64,000 nt of DNA from Pseudovirgaria hyperparasitica (lineage: Eukaryota), in the NCBI GenBank assembly GCA_010093815.1, contig ML996569.1. One strand, written 5' to 3'. Below the pieces are notes generated by a model. That model searched no databases, was not told where the DNA came from, and worked only from the letters and a program-made list of their open reading frames with translations. The translations under genes and the position numbers were made by a program. Shown piece by piece: positions 39,196 to 52,185 of the stretch (position 1 is the stretch's first letter; the number at the start of each line of letters is the position of its first letter).

Positions 39196-41364
39196 TTATT
39201 CTGCATGCTCATACTTTTTCTGATGATACGATATAGCCCTGCATCGAGTCAGTAAAAGCTTCGTAATGTGAAATATTACCAGAGCATACCGTCCACTTGG
39301 ATCTGTCTGTTTAGACCATGTCGGCGTCCATCGCATGACTGTTGACGCGCAGGAAGACGGAAAATGCTCGTCGAACATGCAGCGATACCAGTAACTATAT
39401 ACGTTAACCCTTGCGCAAAAATATTGATGGGATGAACGCATACGCTTCCTTAGTGTCCGGAACATCGTCGCCCCATTGTGGCTTCGGCTTCTTCATGTCT
39501 TCGTCACTAACGTGTAGTTCAGCGTTGTCCCTTAAGGCGTCGATCCATCCGTAGCCAACACCATCACTGAACTGCTCTTTCTGTCGCCACAGGATCTTAT
39601 CCGGAAGGTAGGGCTTGGTGTCCGGTTCCTCGCTTGTATCAAAGGCCTTTCTTAAGATGTATTTCTCGATGCGCTCTTTGGTGATCATTTTCTCCTTAGG
39701 GTCTATGTTCATTGCGATATCGAGAAACTTCTTGTCCAGGAATGGCACACGTGCTTCTACTCCCCATGCTGCAGTCGACTTATTGGCACGAAGGCAGTCC
39801 GCAAGGTGAAGATTCTTGACTCGGCGCACGGTTTCCTGGTGCAAAGCGTCTCTATCAGGAGCCGCGTGGAAGTAGAGGTAGCCGCCAAATATCTCATCAC
39901 TACCTTCGCCACTAAGCACCATCTTCACGCCCATGGCCTTGATCTTCCTGCTAAGCAAAAACATGGGGGTAGATGCTCGAATTGTAGTAACATCGAATGT
40001 CTCAAGATGGAATATGACATCGGACAAGGCATTAAGACCATCTTCGATGGTAAAAGTGAACGAGTGGTGGCGAGTTCCTAAAAATTGTGCTGCCTCCTCG
40101 GCTGCCGCAGTGTCGGGTGCGTCCTTTAGTCCTATCGAGAAGGAGTTGAGGACCGGAAAGAGCTGTACAGTAGACAGCTGGTTGTCATCATCAATACCAA
40201 CAAGCCCATTCTGTTGAGACACGCCGTTTCCGTTGGCGATCTGTTTTCGAGCTTCTTCATTCAGCCTCAGTGTCTCTCGCTGGGCAATGGATGCGACCAA
40301 ACTCGAATCAAGTCCACCTGAAAGCAAGACTCCATATGGTACCTCGGCCATTAATCTCTTGCGTACCGAGGTCTCCAGGGTCTCTCGAAGTAGTTTGTAA
40401 TTTAGAGGGGTGTCGGGAGTGGTCTCCGGTTGCATCAACCACTTGGGCACGTAGTAGCGTGTGATCTTGTCCGTATTCGAATCATATACGTGTCCTGGAG
40501 GGAAGCTCATGATGTCGTCACAGACAGGGTGTAGACATTTCAGTTCAGAGGCGAAGTATACTGCTCCTGGAGTTTCACTTGATCGTCCCATGTAGAAGGT
40601 GGTGATGCCAATTGGATCGCGTGCTGCAACAATTCGGTCTTGCACCTTGTCATGGAGTACCCATGAGAACATGCCATCAAGGTGTTTGGGCGCATCGATA
40701 TCATGCTCTAGATACTGCGCCGGGGTCAGCCGTTACTCTTCACGTCAATAATTCTCTGTAGACGCACCAATGGTATGATAACTTCGCAATCAGAGTGCGT
40801 CTTGAAATTGTATGGCTTTTGGAGGTGTTTTCGTAGGACCCTGTGGTTATAGATCTCCCCATTGACTGCCAAAGATACAGTTCCTTCATCATTGACGATG
40901 GGCTGAGCCCCAGTGTCTACATTCACATGAGCTGTTCCTCTTGCGCACGCCAAATCTCCAACAACGTACCAATACCGACAATACTCAAACGTTCGTGTAC
41001 GAGAACTAAAGCAGTTGTCAAACCAGGCCTTGCGTTGATGAGCATATACTCACTAGTATTATTCGCGATAACGTTTCCACCTGCGAATGTTCAGCATAGC
41101 TTGTGAATGTGTCGTGCTTTGATCCTCACTCCAATCTGGGCCCCGATGTCGGACGCTGCACTTAAGTCAGTATATCGATGAAATAGTGAAGGCCCAGACA
41201 ACATACGCTTTGCCCATGCGGAGTGCCGTAGGCTTAAACTTTTGGACATCCGGGTGACTACAACGACATTATCAATCATGGCAATTCATTCCAAAGACAA
41301 GGGAGCAAGATGTTGCTCTGTAAGAGGAGGGTGCGCACCGGTGGCAGGCGAAAATTCCACACAT
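39196..41364 (-). CDS. ASN1: Asparagine synthetase (glutamine-hydrolysing)
   Basis: [68 protein letters not shown]; many short introns. Confidence 0.95.
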
Positions 41365-41490
41365 GCTGTCGAAACTGAAAAGGACTGTTCACGCGATTAC
41401 GTTTATGGTGTTGAGGAAGATCAATGAGGTTTGTGAGAAGAGGGGAGAGGAAAGGCTTGTCCGTAGTTATCGCAATTTTGATCAAGAAAT

Positions 41491-41497
41491 TGAGTCA
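41491..41497 (-). promoter_or_regulatory. Gcn4/CpcA (general amino acid control) element TGACTCA
   Basis: Perfect TGAGTCA on plus (TGACTCA on minus) ~127 bp upstream of the asparagine synthetase ATG. ASN genes are established Gcn4 targets in yeast. Confidence 0.65.
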
Positions 41498-42228
41498 CGC
41501 TGAGCGAACGCGGACTGACATAACGAGCGCCCCACCATAGATAGATCTCAATGCCACTATCGGCGCCGCTAATTCGGCGACCCTTGGGCGACCCTTGCAT
41601 GCCATGCAGGCAAGACGCACACCCACGGTCCAACCCTAGCCGGCGTAAATAGAATTATTCCTGGTCAACATGAGGCTGGTGATGCACCCAACGACCGATG
41701 GAGGCAAACGTACACATACAGCACGCCCTACCTCACTTGCCAGTATGTGCTCAACAGTATTCCATATGCACATGGGAGACATCAGGAAAAGTCGTGTATA
41801 GTGATTAGGAAGTAGATTGACCCCGTTGCTATCTGACAGCCAGACGTATAACCCGTCCATCTGGTCCGTACCCAGTCAGCTCCTTACTCATTGTCGCAAG
41901 GTTTCATACTTGAAAGGGAAACGTCAACTCTCAACACAACTAAGTAACATGGAAAACAAGGGGTTTTTACCGCAAGGTCAATCAAAACAGAATGCCATGG
42001 AACCCCTGAGGCCTCCTCTTGCGATGCAAAATAAGCTAATCATCGCCAATCCTGGTATATCGTGTAAACTAAGGACGTCGATGCCAGGCTCATTTGTGTA
42101 TCCTTGGAATTCCAACATATCATTACGCCTCGTGCCTTAGGGGTCGTAGTGTCTATCACGGATGACGTGCAGAGTGATCTCGAATCATGGGATCCTTTTA
42201 CGATATATGAGTCTCAACTCAAACTACC

Positions 42229-43333
42229 TCAAAAGAAAAAATAGGCGAGAATGAAGCTGATGAGGCAAAGTCCAGCCACGTAAGGTACTGGAACGCCATT
42301 CGCAGGAGCACGTTGAAGTGTAGCTGTTACTGTTCCAGGACCACTGCGCTGAGAATCAGTGCCGATCTTCCGCTGCCTCAGGCCCTGAGTAGCTTCGTCC
42401 TTTAGTTTTACAATTGTAGCTTGGGCAGTCGCCAGTTGCTGCTTGAGTTCTTCAGTGTTTGTAGGAACTGCGGCTACCACTGTGGAAGCTCCAGAGGTGA
42501 CTGCAGCACGAGCTGTCCCAGCTACATGCTCCACAGTCTCTCTGGCGGTGGTGACCGACGGTGTGGAATCGGAGATACGCTGAGGGGTGACTGCATCTGG
42601 CGAGGGCGAGCTCGGTGCGTGATCTGCTGTAATACCGTTCGACTTCAGTGGGGTTGCGGCTTCCGAACCGTCGGCGGGCAAGAAAACGACACGAATCTTG
42701 CGTTCTTGAATAGACGACTTGGCAGTTTCTTCGATGTGCGACCACTACACGATTAGAGCAGTGTACTTATGATCTTTAATTGTAACCTACGATAGAAGCA
42801 ACGTTACTGAATTCTCTGTCGGCAGAGACTGCAACGGACTGTACGAGAAATTTGTCGCGGCATTTCGCATCTGGTGGAGGATCTTCCTTCATAGACTGCA
42901 AGAGAACTTTGATAGTGTCAGTATTCAGATCTTGTTAGATTTATATGTTATGATGTACCTTGTACTTCGACTTCGCCATGAGGCTCGATGCGACCAGAAT
43001 TTGGACGGACACAGTATCTAGGAGTAGTACGTCAATGGTGTTATGATACGGACTTGACATCAACAACATACTGTTTAGGGGCGGTAGTTTTGACCTAAAA
43101 AGCCTCAGTCAGTCACATGGAATAATCTATTCGTACAGACGGGATAAACACTTACCTTGAAGGCCACTGGGTCGGAGTGCGGATTCTTCAATCGAAGCAC
43201 ATTGGCGACTTCATGCTGGAAAGGGCCTGAGGTGTATGTTAGTCCATCACTGGAACATTTCATTGGAGCCTGGCGCGTAAATGGTTGACTTACGTTTGAA
43301 GCCGAGCTCAGGCGGATCGAGTTCGACCGACAT
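42229..43333 (-). CDS. SCS2: VAMP-associated protein (MSP domain, ER tail anchor)
   Basis: [47 protein letters not shown], coiled coil and C-terminal TM ending AYFFF. Confidence 0.93.
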
Positions 43334-43953
43334 GGTTGTTAAATGCGTGCACACGCTGTCAATAGTATTATAAACGCCTAGAAGGTTAGACGAGGGTGAC
43401 GACAAGGCCTAGAAGGTAGACTTGTTTGTGTCTGTCTAGACCGACAGTTGGCAGGCTGAGGATATAGGTCGCAACAAGGATGAAGAGTGGTGTTGATGCC
43501 GGAGTCTGGGAGACAAATGATGTAGGGATTCGATGTTCGAGTTCGAGGTGAGGTAAGTAGGTAATTAGTTGGTGGAGATCTGGGCACGAAGTCCAACCCT
43601 CCCTAGTCGGCGGGTCGGCATCCACGTCACTGCCTTCCAGGTCCCGTCCATGTGAACGGATTTATATCATCAGTGTTTTCGAAACAATAAAAAAGAAATA
43701 CTTCACTATTAAATCGTATGAAATTTCAGATTGAAAGTGCACCTAGTGTACGATATCTGCATATCAAGATGTTTTCACGTATGGTCGAGTTCGCTGACTA
43801 CCTTAACTCCGGACGGACCCGTGGTTCGCTAATACCCATACTACCCATATAATCCGAGAAGGAAGTTGCCTACATCACATCCCCACTATATCAGAAGCTT
43901 CGACTATCTCCGTTCCTTCCTACAGCAACATCACTTACTGAGAGGGTTCCACG

Positions 43954-44988
43954 ATGCCGACGGACTTAGAGCAACTCAAGGAGATGGGCTTTGACCCTGA
44001 GCGTGCTCAGCTTTCATTGAAGAAGTCCGGCAACTGTATGTATCATCAGTCATGGACCATAGTATCGATCTAACAACATATATGACAGTAACACAGGCAC
44101 TTGAATGGCTCGAAAAGAATCAGGATATGTCATGGGAGCAGATACAAGAGTCAGAGGCAGCAGCAAATCATGGGGTTGACGAAGATGCGCCAGCGCTCAA
44201 GCCTGGCGAAGAAGCGAGATCACTCAAGTGTTCCGACTGTGGCAAAGGGTTCCGAAGCACTGCCCAGGCCGAATTCCACGCCTCGAAGAGTGGTCATGAG
44301 AATTTTGAGGAATCTACCGAGGAGATCAAGCCTCTCACCGAGGAAGAGAAAGCAGCAAAGCTCCAGGAACTCAAAGAGAAACTGGCCGCTAAGCGCGTGG
44401 GCTTGACGGAGCAGGAGAAGGCGGAGAAGAAACAAAACGAGATGATCCGGCGTAAAGCAACCAAAGAGAGCCAAGACATCAAAGAGCAACTCCAAGTCAA
44501 AGAACGTCTGAAAGGTATGACGAATTATCCTATGACTATATATGTCGCTGACTACAGTACCAGAGGCGCAAGCAAAGAAGAAGGAGAAGCAGGACGAGAT
44601 CGATGCTCGTAAGCGTGCTTTGGCAAAGATTGAGGCAGACAAACAGGCCAGAAGAGAAAAGGCAGAGGCCCAGAAGGCCCAACGTGCTGGACTTGCGCCC
44701 CCTGAACCAGCAGCACCCGCAGCTCCAACCAAAACTACCGCTCCGAAGTCGAGCGCATCCTACACCGAGGCAAGACTCAGGCTGCAGACGTCCAACGGCA
44801 CTGTCACCAAGACGTTCCCTGCAGAGACAACTCTCTTCGAGGTTGCACATGCCATCGCCGCTGAGAATGGCGTCCAGGCCAGTTCATTCACGACCAACTT
44901 CCCAAAGAAATCATTCGAGCTAACTGATTTCGGGATGACACTGAAAGAAGCTGGAATGGTACCAAGCTCGGCGCTTGTTGTGAAGTAG
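43954..44988 (+). CDS. UBA + C2H2 zinc finger + UBX domain protein (UBXN1/SAKS1-like Cdc48 cofactor)
   Basis: QLKEMGFDPERA (UBA), C..CGKGF......FHASKSGH, ARLRLQT...TNFPKK..TLKEAGMVPSSALVV (UBX); two introns. Confidence 0.9.
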
Positions 44989-45862
44989 GGAGCACTTGTG
45001 CACCTATGGATGCATGAGAAGGCGTAAAGGGTGTGAAACTTCCAGAGATAATCCGATCGGGGGAGCATATGAGCACTGGAGTTGATTGAGAAGTGCATAC
45101 ATTTGATGATTGGCAAGTGGTTGGCAAAAAGTGTAGCAGGCAGAACTACTGCCCACAGATAGGGGTATCTATTCAATGACAAAACAGACAGTGTATCGAT
45201 CACAAATGAGCGAAGATCCTATGTTTACATGTTTATTCTTCTGAGGCCCTAGTGATACTGGAGGTGGTAACACTTTCCTGCTCGACCATTCCCAGATATG
45301 AAATCTCCTCGCTTGGTCCTTCGGTCGTACTTCGCCTTTGCATGACCTACCACGCTCAAATACGCGTACGCTATATCGTTCATTTACCATAGAAAGTTCG
45401 ACTGTATTTAGCAAATTTTGCTAATCACCTCATCGTACTCCCTCACATAGCGTACTCGAGTACGTACCTAAGGCAGTCTATATTGCCGGCTTATTGAGTG
45501 GCTACATACGTTGCCGTTATCGAATCTCAACCGGCCGATGCATCGCACTCGTATGAGCAACCAATCAGCGACGAAACAGCAGTTATTATAAGTACAGCCA
45601 CGGACAGCCATTCAGGACTTTGCCATTGCTGGGTCTGAAAAGATGTCATTTGTGGTAGGAAGAATTTGAAGTGAGAGAAGGGCTATTCGAGGTAGGTCAG
45701 TCTATGAGCGAATTTAGATCATCAGGAGCACAGATATCATCGTTAACACGTATACAAAGGAAAATTACCAATATTTTTTAAAATATGACTTGCGTTAAAT
45801 TCATTATACTGCCAGATACTGACCGGTCTATTACTTTTGAATTCCACAAAATGGAAGTGACT

Positions 45863-47185
45863 TTACACGCTCTTGATTGCAGGTGCTTTAAATTCGTATC
45901 CAATCTCCTTGAGCTGCGCAGCCTTTACTGAGCGTCTCTTCACTTCTTTAGTGATCCTCCTCTCCCAGCCTTCTTTGTGTAGAGGCTGTCTAAGGTGCTT
46001 TGCAGCCAACTTATTACGTGGCACTGCCTTAAACCTCGAGTTGGCGCCGGCGAAGAGATTCTTGTGTACCTGCTCCTTCGGTACTGTGCGGACTTGCAAA
46101 ATGTGGTTGAACATGAGATATTTGTCCATCGTGTTAGCAACGATCTTAGCGACCTCCGAAGACGCAAACTCGACGAATGCGTAGTGTTTAGACTGGCCTG
46201 TCTTTTTATTGCGGGAAAGACGAAGGCGGGTGATATCTCCAAATTGTGAGAAGTATGCGCGCATCTGGTGCTCGTAGAATCCGTGAGGAATGCGACTGAC
46301 TAATGTTAGCGAGCTCGAAAGGATGACTGCCATGTATGCTTACCCGACGTAAATAACGCCCCGTTCTTCTACGTGGTCTCCGGCAGCTTTGAGCCTTTTC
46401 TGAAGCGCTTTGCTACTAGGTGCGGCTGGAACGTTGTCAATAGCAGCGGGCTCATCCACCACTATCTCTTCCTCATCTTCGCTACTCTCGAACCCTTTCA
46501 GGAGCTCTGCAGTCTGGTCATCGACCTCGTCACCCTCATTATCTTCGTCAAAGGGCACTTCAACGGGTTCGGAGATCTTGCTTTCTTTCTTCAACTTCGC
46601 TAAGCTTTTCTTAGGCTTTGACTCAGATTTGGAAGGCTTTGGCTCTTCCTCTTGAGACTTTAATTCGGTCTTTACAGTCTTCAATCCCTCTCTTTTGGGC
46701 TTTGACTCGACAGTCGCTGGCTTCGATTCGCCTTTCTTTGGTTTGGTAGTATCCTTCCTCGTGACTTTGCTCTCCAGCTTCAGGGTAACGATTTCTTCCT
46801 GGTCTGTCTTCTTCACAGTCTTCTTCTCCTTGGTGGCTCCTTCAGGCTTAACAGTCCTCACTTTCTTGGACGCCGGTGCTGTCACAGGAGCTACTAGTAC
46901 TTGCTCCGTCTCGAAGAAATCGGCTGCACGCTTTCGCGTCGATTTCCGGGTCCCATTTGAGCCGCTCTGGGTGACGACAGGCTCGTTAACCGCCTTTGTA
47001 ATATTCTTTGTGGTGGCTTTCTGCTCCACAGCGTCGTTAGGCACAGGAGCTTCTTTAGTATTCTTGGCCTTCTTCGTATTTCGGACGGAGTCTGTGTCGA
47101 CTGTAGTCTAATTAGACTTCAGTCAAAATTGGTATGGCCGTTGAAACTTACTTTTTCTCTTCGAGGTCTTCAAAGAAGCCGCCAT
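45863..47185 (-). CDS. NOP15: Nucleolar RRM protein, ribosome biogenesis factor Nop15/NIFK
   Basis: Lys-rich N-terminus, GVIYVG-RIPHGFYEHQMRAYFSQFG...LSRNKKTGQSKHYAFVEF...MDKYLMFNHILQ. Confidence 0.9.
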
Positions 47186-47418
47186 GTTTGCGATTAATGG
47201 AACTGGTCTTGCTCGACAGTACTCAGGTGCTTTTGGTGCTGTACAATTTATTCTATCCTAAAGAATTGTCCACCAATTCTTAGCGTAAAAATGTTCCTGC
47301 CGAACATGGTCCGAGCCGCTAGTGTGACATCCTATGCCAAGACAAGTTTCCATTTGTTGAAGTCCAGTATGAGTTATTGGCGATCAAGAAGCTATATTGC
47401 ATAAATCTTCTCGAAAAT

Positions 47419-48103
47419 ATGGATCAATCAATCGATCTCATGGATCCTGCAGCATGGGATGACTCTGCGCTGATCGATTCCTGGGATATGGCCTTGGCAG
47501 AATACAAGGTATTGCGAATAGGTTTGTGTACGAGACCTTTGTCTAATCCTTAACAGCGCTATCACAGTATTCACGCAAGAGGAGAGAACGTCAAGGATAT
47601 CATCAAAAAGTATAGAGATGTTAAATGGGACCTGTATCATCCCATATCAATCCGAGTCACCATATGTGCTGATACCATATAGTGCCGAGGTCGAGGCCGG
47701 ATTGAAAAACATGCCTCTGGACGATGAGCTACCACCTATGAACAATTACAAACAAGACGATCAAGATGTAAAGGAGGCGGTAAAGGACCGCAATGTGCGT
47801 GTATAGTAGCTGCCTGACCAAATGGAGCCATTGACGTTGATAGACCTCCGAGCAACCACCTGATACAGCACAAGCACCGACCAACGTCAGTGTAGAACTA
47901 CCTCAGGCTTTACTTGCGACTGGTGGGCAATCTTGCGACTTGAACTTCGAGAGTGGGTATCCTGCTGACTTTATTTGGTAGTTCCCGATGAGCAGCTCAA
48001 GAACCTTATGATGGCTTGGTATTACGCCGGGTACCATACTGGGCTAGTAGAGGGACAGCGCAAGGCCCAGGAAGCCATCTTGGCTGAGACGACCAAATCT
48101 TGA
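47419..48103 (+). CDS. SMN1: Survival motor neuron (SMN) protein, Tudor-less fungal type, 5 exons
   Basis: WDDSALIDSWD.AL.EYK-RYHS (Gemin2-binding) and LKNLMMAWYYAGYHTG (YG box). Missed by the ORF track because exons are short. Confidence 0.9.
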
Positions 48104-48951
48104 GTACAATTGGAAGACCTAAACTCCCGAAAGGTGATTTTTGTCCACGAGAATGAAGCGCCAGCCTAGTCTGAGATATGATGGCCAGCTCCAAGTCTAA
48201 TATCGTTGACGAGGGCCGTGTTCGAGCGGCTCTGGCCAGGGAAATTCGAAACAAGACTCGTGACGAGAACCACGTGTGCAACAGAGCCGCGAAACGCTGG
48301 TGACTTAGAATTTCGATGTGTCTGAGACTCTAGAAACCTGTTGCAAGACGATAGGATTTGGTCCTGAAGTACACAATGAGACTTACCATTTCATGCAGGA
48401 GTCGTTGTCTTGTTGTATCAGACTGTAACGAACCGTTTAGCCTGGGTTGGGCGGCAAGGGCATGTTCACACTAATCCTAATCGAGTGTATGCGACGAACG
48501 TGAGACACCGCCCGAGACGGCTCCAACACAACTATTGTCGAGAAAGGTGTCCCTGATTGTAGACTATGTCTGAGGCTCTCTTCCAATATTGTCTGTTTCT
48601 GCGGAGAAAACATGTAATTCTAGCGGAACGCCGTCGAACCGACGGCCACATCGTTTCGAAGTTGACCCCTTCTACCCAGGTCTCTCAAACATACAATTTC
48701 ATGCTCATGTATAAGCTGCTCCAGTTCCCATCAAGTGGTCTGCTATTCTTCCACAGTTCCTCACCAAGCATAGTAATTGTTCTTCGTTCCTCTCTTTTAT
48801 CGCCTTTCCTTCCCTTGACCGAGCCGGCCCTCGCATCGCGCTTCTATTATCTTCTATCCTCCTTATCGTTTGAATAAAACTTTTACCGCAGAGCGGCTTT
48901 AGTCATCTTTATTATCTGCTCTTCGCAAGACCATATAACGAAACTAAGAAT

Positions 48952-49811
48952 ATGAGAAGCTACGCATTCATTTCGCTTCTGGCTGCGGCGGCCGGTGCCA
49001 CTATGCACGAGGCCATGCCCATGGAATCGCCTGCACCAATGGCTATGGTCGCTTCAGAAGTTGCTCCTCCTGCGGGCGCAATGACCCACACTGTAAGATA
49101 CCCTTCCAATAACATTAATGATGCCTACTAATGTCGCTCAAGGTTATTGTCGGTGGAGCAAAGCCCGCCGCTGAAGCTACCGGCGCACCTACGCCTCTTC
49201 TCTCTTACAATCCGGAGTCCGTTAAGGCCAACGTCGGCGACGTGATCGACTTCCAATTCATGCCGAAGAACCACACTGTGACACAGTCGACCTTCGGAAA
49301 ACCCTGTGTGAAGATGGAGGGCGGTGCAGACTCTGGCTTCATGCCCAATCCCGATGGAAAGGCCGGAGTCAGTTGGAAATTCACTGTGCCATCAACAGAC
49401 CCAATCTGGATGTACTGCAAGCAGAAGACGGGCAATCACTGTGGTGTTGGTATGGTTTTTGCTATCAACCCCAATGACAACACAGTCGACATGGCGAAGG
49501 CTGGTGGTGACAAAACGTTCGCGGCATTCAAGATGGCTGCGATCGCACAGAACGGTACTGCGGCGATGACGGGTGGACTTCAAGCTACTCCTACGGACGC
49601 ACCAGCTGCGCCTTCGACAGTAACTATCAGTGCAGCTGGTGGACAGCAGACTGCTGGTATCGCTGCCCAGCCGTCTGTCATACCGGGATCTGGCCAGGCT
49701 GCGGACGGCTCGAGCTGCTCTTGCTCTTGCTTATGCGGTGCAAACTCTTTCCCTCCCCAAGCAGCTGTAAATAATTTCGGTGGTTTCGCTGGTATGATGT
49801 CCAAGCCTTAG
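48952..49811 (+). CDS. Secreted cupredoxin-fold (extracellular Ser/Thr/Ala-rich) protein
   Basis: Signal peptide; intron 49093-49142; KNHTVTQS and WMYCKQ....HCGVGMVFAINP copper-site motifs; C-terminal CSCSCLCG motif. Confidence 0.85.
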
Positions 49812-50405
49812 TCCTATCACGGGTCTATGCTGCAGAGTGGTCTCAGAAAAGGGGAGGTGTTAGTGGATGAACTTGTAATAATCTCATTTGTGGTTTACAT
49901 CCTTTGGGAGGTGCTCAAACACCCCCAACGGACAGCTGGTCTCAAACCTTAGGTTTTGGGGTCTCCATCGGCGTTGCAGGATACCATAATTTAGACATTG
50001 TGCATATTGCTTGTACACAATTGCAAGAAATAGAACACAGAACCTAGTACTATCATAAACCTAAGATGAGTGTGGCTTTAGCATATGAAAGTGTCTTTAG
50101 CTCGCTTTGTGTCGAAGGTCTCTTCGAGGACATTGCCTCATAAACTGTACATATACGTTTGTAGATCAGTCAGCTTCAAGTCAACGAAAAACAGCATAGT
50201 AGTAACTTGTGTATGGCTAGAACGGTATCAAAGATGTGCTGTAATCTTCGCATTTCTCTTATATGATCCTTGCGTGTATGGCTGCAGGACTCTTATAGGG
50301 TATAAGTATTGTCCTAGGTCGCTTAACTCCCAGAACCGTTGACTCGTGACACTCGAAAGCCTCTTATGCGCCGTTCCCGTGATACGCCAGTACTCCAGCG
50401 TCTGC

Positions 50406-51686
50406 TCAGGATGTCTGTACCTTCGGGTCTCCCTTCGCAATTATGGTGTCCTCTTCTTGTTCCTCTTCGGTATCGCTGTCAGCGCGTTTCCAGTCTGAAC
50501 TCCTTCGGCTGATGCGTAGGGGAAATGGGTCCCGCGGGCTGGCAAGAGGGCTGCTAGGTGTGATGCCGCCGATGCTACCAGTGATACTTTCCGAGCGACC
50601 ATGACCGAGCTTGCCACTACGTACGCTCGCTCCATCAATCTGCTTGCTGGCATAATAGCTATTGCGTTCACTACTCAATGTAGGGGCTACAGCACCTGAC
50701 GATGAGTAAACGCTGGCTCGCTCCGCACTTGCAAATCCCGTCATTGTAGTAGGTCGGGGTCCTTGATTTGTCGACGTGGCTCCATCAACACGATCACTAA
50801 GAACACTCAAGGGAAGTGATTCGCGACTTCCTCCCCATACTGATGATGGCGCTAAAGCTCGAACAGAAGCATTGGTATCTAGTGAATTACGTCGGCGTCG
50901 CTTTGAGGATGACGCGAGTGTGAGGATGGATGCGTTGTCAGTAAGTACACCGTTCGCAGTGGCAGCTTGGTATGTCTGCGGAACGTTGTGTGGTGCCAGA
51001 TGCGGTGGTATCGCCGAAGCCGGAGATACAGGGAACTGATGAGTGAATTGCACAGGATTCTGGCTTCCTTGTGGAGCGTTGGCAACATTTCCTCCATTTT
51101 GCGTTGTCAAAAGGCCTGACGCAGCCGTGGACTGAATTGTCGTGAGGGTTGTGGTAAGAGATCGCTCTGAATGGTTCGGGGAGGAGAAAGTGCTGTTCCC
51201 CCCTCCGGCTGAGCGACTAGTCTCAGCCTTTGATTGTCCTGTCTCCGAGTGAACAGTCTCTGGATTGGTTGTGACTGTTGGTGCTGCGGATTTATTGCTG
51301 ATAGTAGGCGCACGTTGATCTCCTGTTCCTCCTTGTTCGTCTATAGAGCCAAAGCTCCCAGCTGAATGTCTAGCGGGACTGAAGGGGGAGGGATGGCCGT
51401 TGGCATCCTTATTGTGAGCCTGAGGGTATCCTGATTCAGGGTATGGATTGTTCTTCAAGCGAGTAGCCTTCTTGGACTTCGAAGGTGAGCCTTTTTTGTT
51501 TGTATTATTGTTGGAATCTGACGATGAACCTTTGAGGTTCGCAAGGCGTTTGACCCATTGCGAAAACGGGCGCCGGCGATTATGCCACGCTGAATGAAAG
51601 ATCATGTTAGCTATACCATCGTCAGAAACAATCAAAGAAATATACGTACTACTATTCTGTTTAGGCGCAGCCTCAACTTCCGCCAT
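50406..51686 (-). CDS. Conserved fungal Ser/Thr-rich disordered protein
   Basis: ATG at 51686; intron 51590-51649; motifs RRPFSQWVKRLANLK, LTDNASILTLASSSKRRRRNSLDTNASVRALAPSSVWGGSRESLPLS. Confidence 0.75.
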   Translation of the reverse strand: MAEVEAAPKQNSSTYISLIVSDDGIANMIFHSAWHNRRRPFSQWVKRLANLKGSSSDSNNNTNKKGSPSKSKKATRLKNNPYPESGYPQAHNKDANGHPSPFSPARHSAGSFGSIDEQGGTGDQRAPTISNKSAAPTVTTNPETVHSETGQSKAETSRSAGGGNSTFSSPNHSERSLTTTLTTIQSTAASGLLTTQNGGNVANAPQGSQNPVQFTHQFPVSPASAIPPHLAPHNVPQTYQAATANGVLTDNASILTLASSSKRRRRNSLDTNASVRALAPSSVWGGSRESLPLSVLSDRVDGATSTNQGPRPTTMTGFASAERASVYSSSGAVAPTLSSERNSYYASKQIDGASVRSGKLGHGRSESITGSIGGITPSSPLASPRDPFPLRISRRSSDWKRADSDTEEEQEEDTIIAKGDPKVQTS

Positions 51687-52185
51687 GATCGACAATGATG
51701 AATATGAGATGTCTCGCAAGAGCTTCGTAGGTCTCTCGAAAGAATGTACTTCTGTGGTAGTGAGAAAGCAGTTGAGGGCTTAAGCAGCAGCCTCCAAGGG
51801 ATGGAGCTTGGCTCGATGACGAGGCGTTGCTGTCGGAGGTGATCCAAGGAGTTTTTCTACCTGTAGAACGAGTGCCAATGCTACGTGTATGATAATAGCT
51901 GACTGTGTATGCGCAGAGGGCTGTCAGTGAGCGAGATTCGTGTTATGTATATGAGGGAAGTTGTGTATGGTAGGGTTGGGCAGCGGGCTGGCGCGACTGA
52001 TCAGCCAATCGCAAGGTCACGTGTGTTCGCGCCAAAGTCCTCTGACTGAAATTGAAACTCCACAAGCCTTGTAAACACAGACATCTTGGATAATCCTTCT
52101 TCTCTCCACGCGCTCTTGGTCGGTCCATCAATGATTCGAGATACCCGTGTGCCCGATACGCACGCTCTCTCATACCGCCTCGTGG

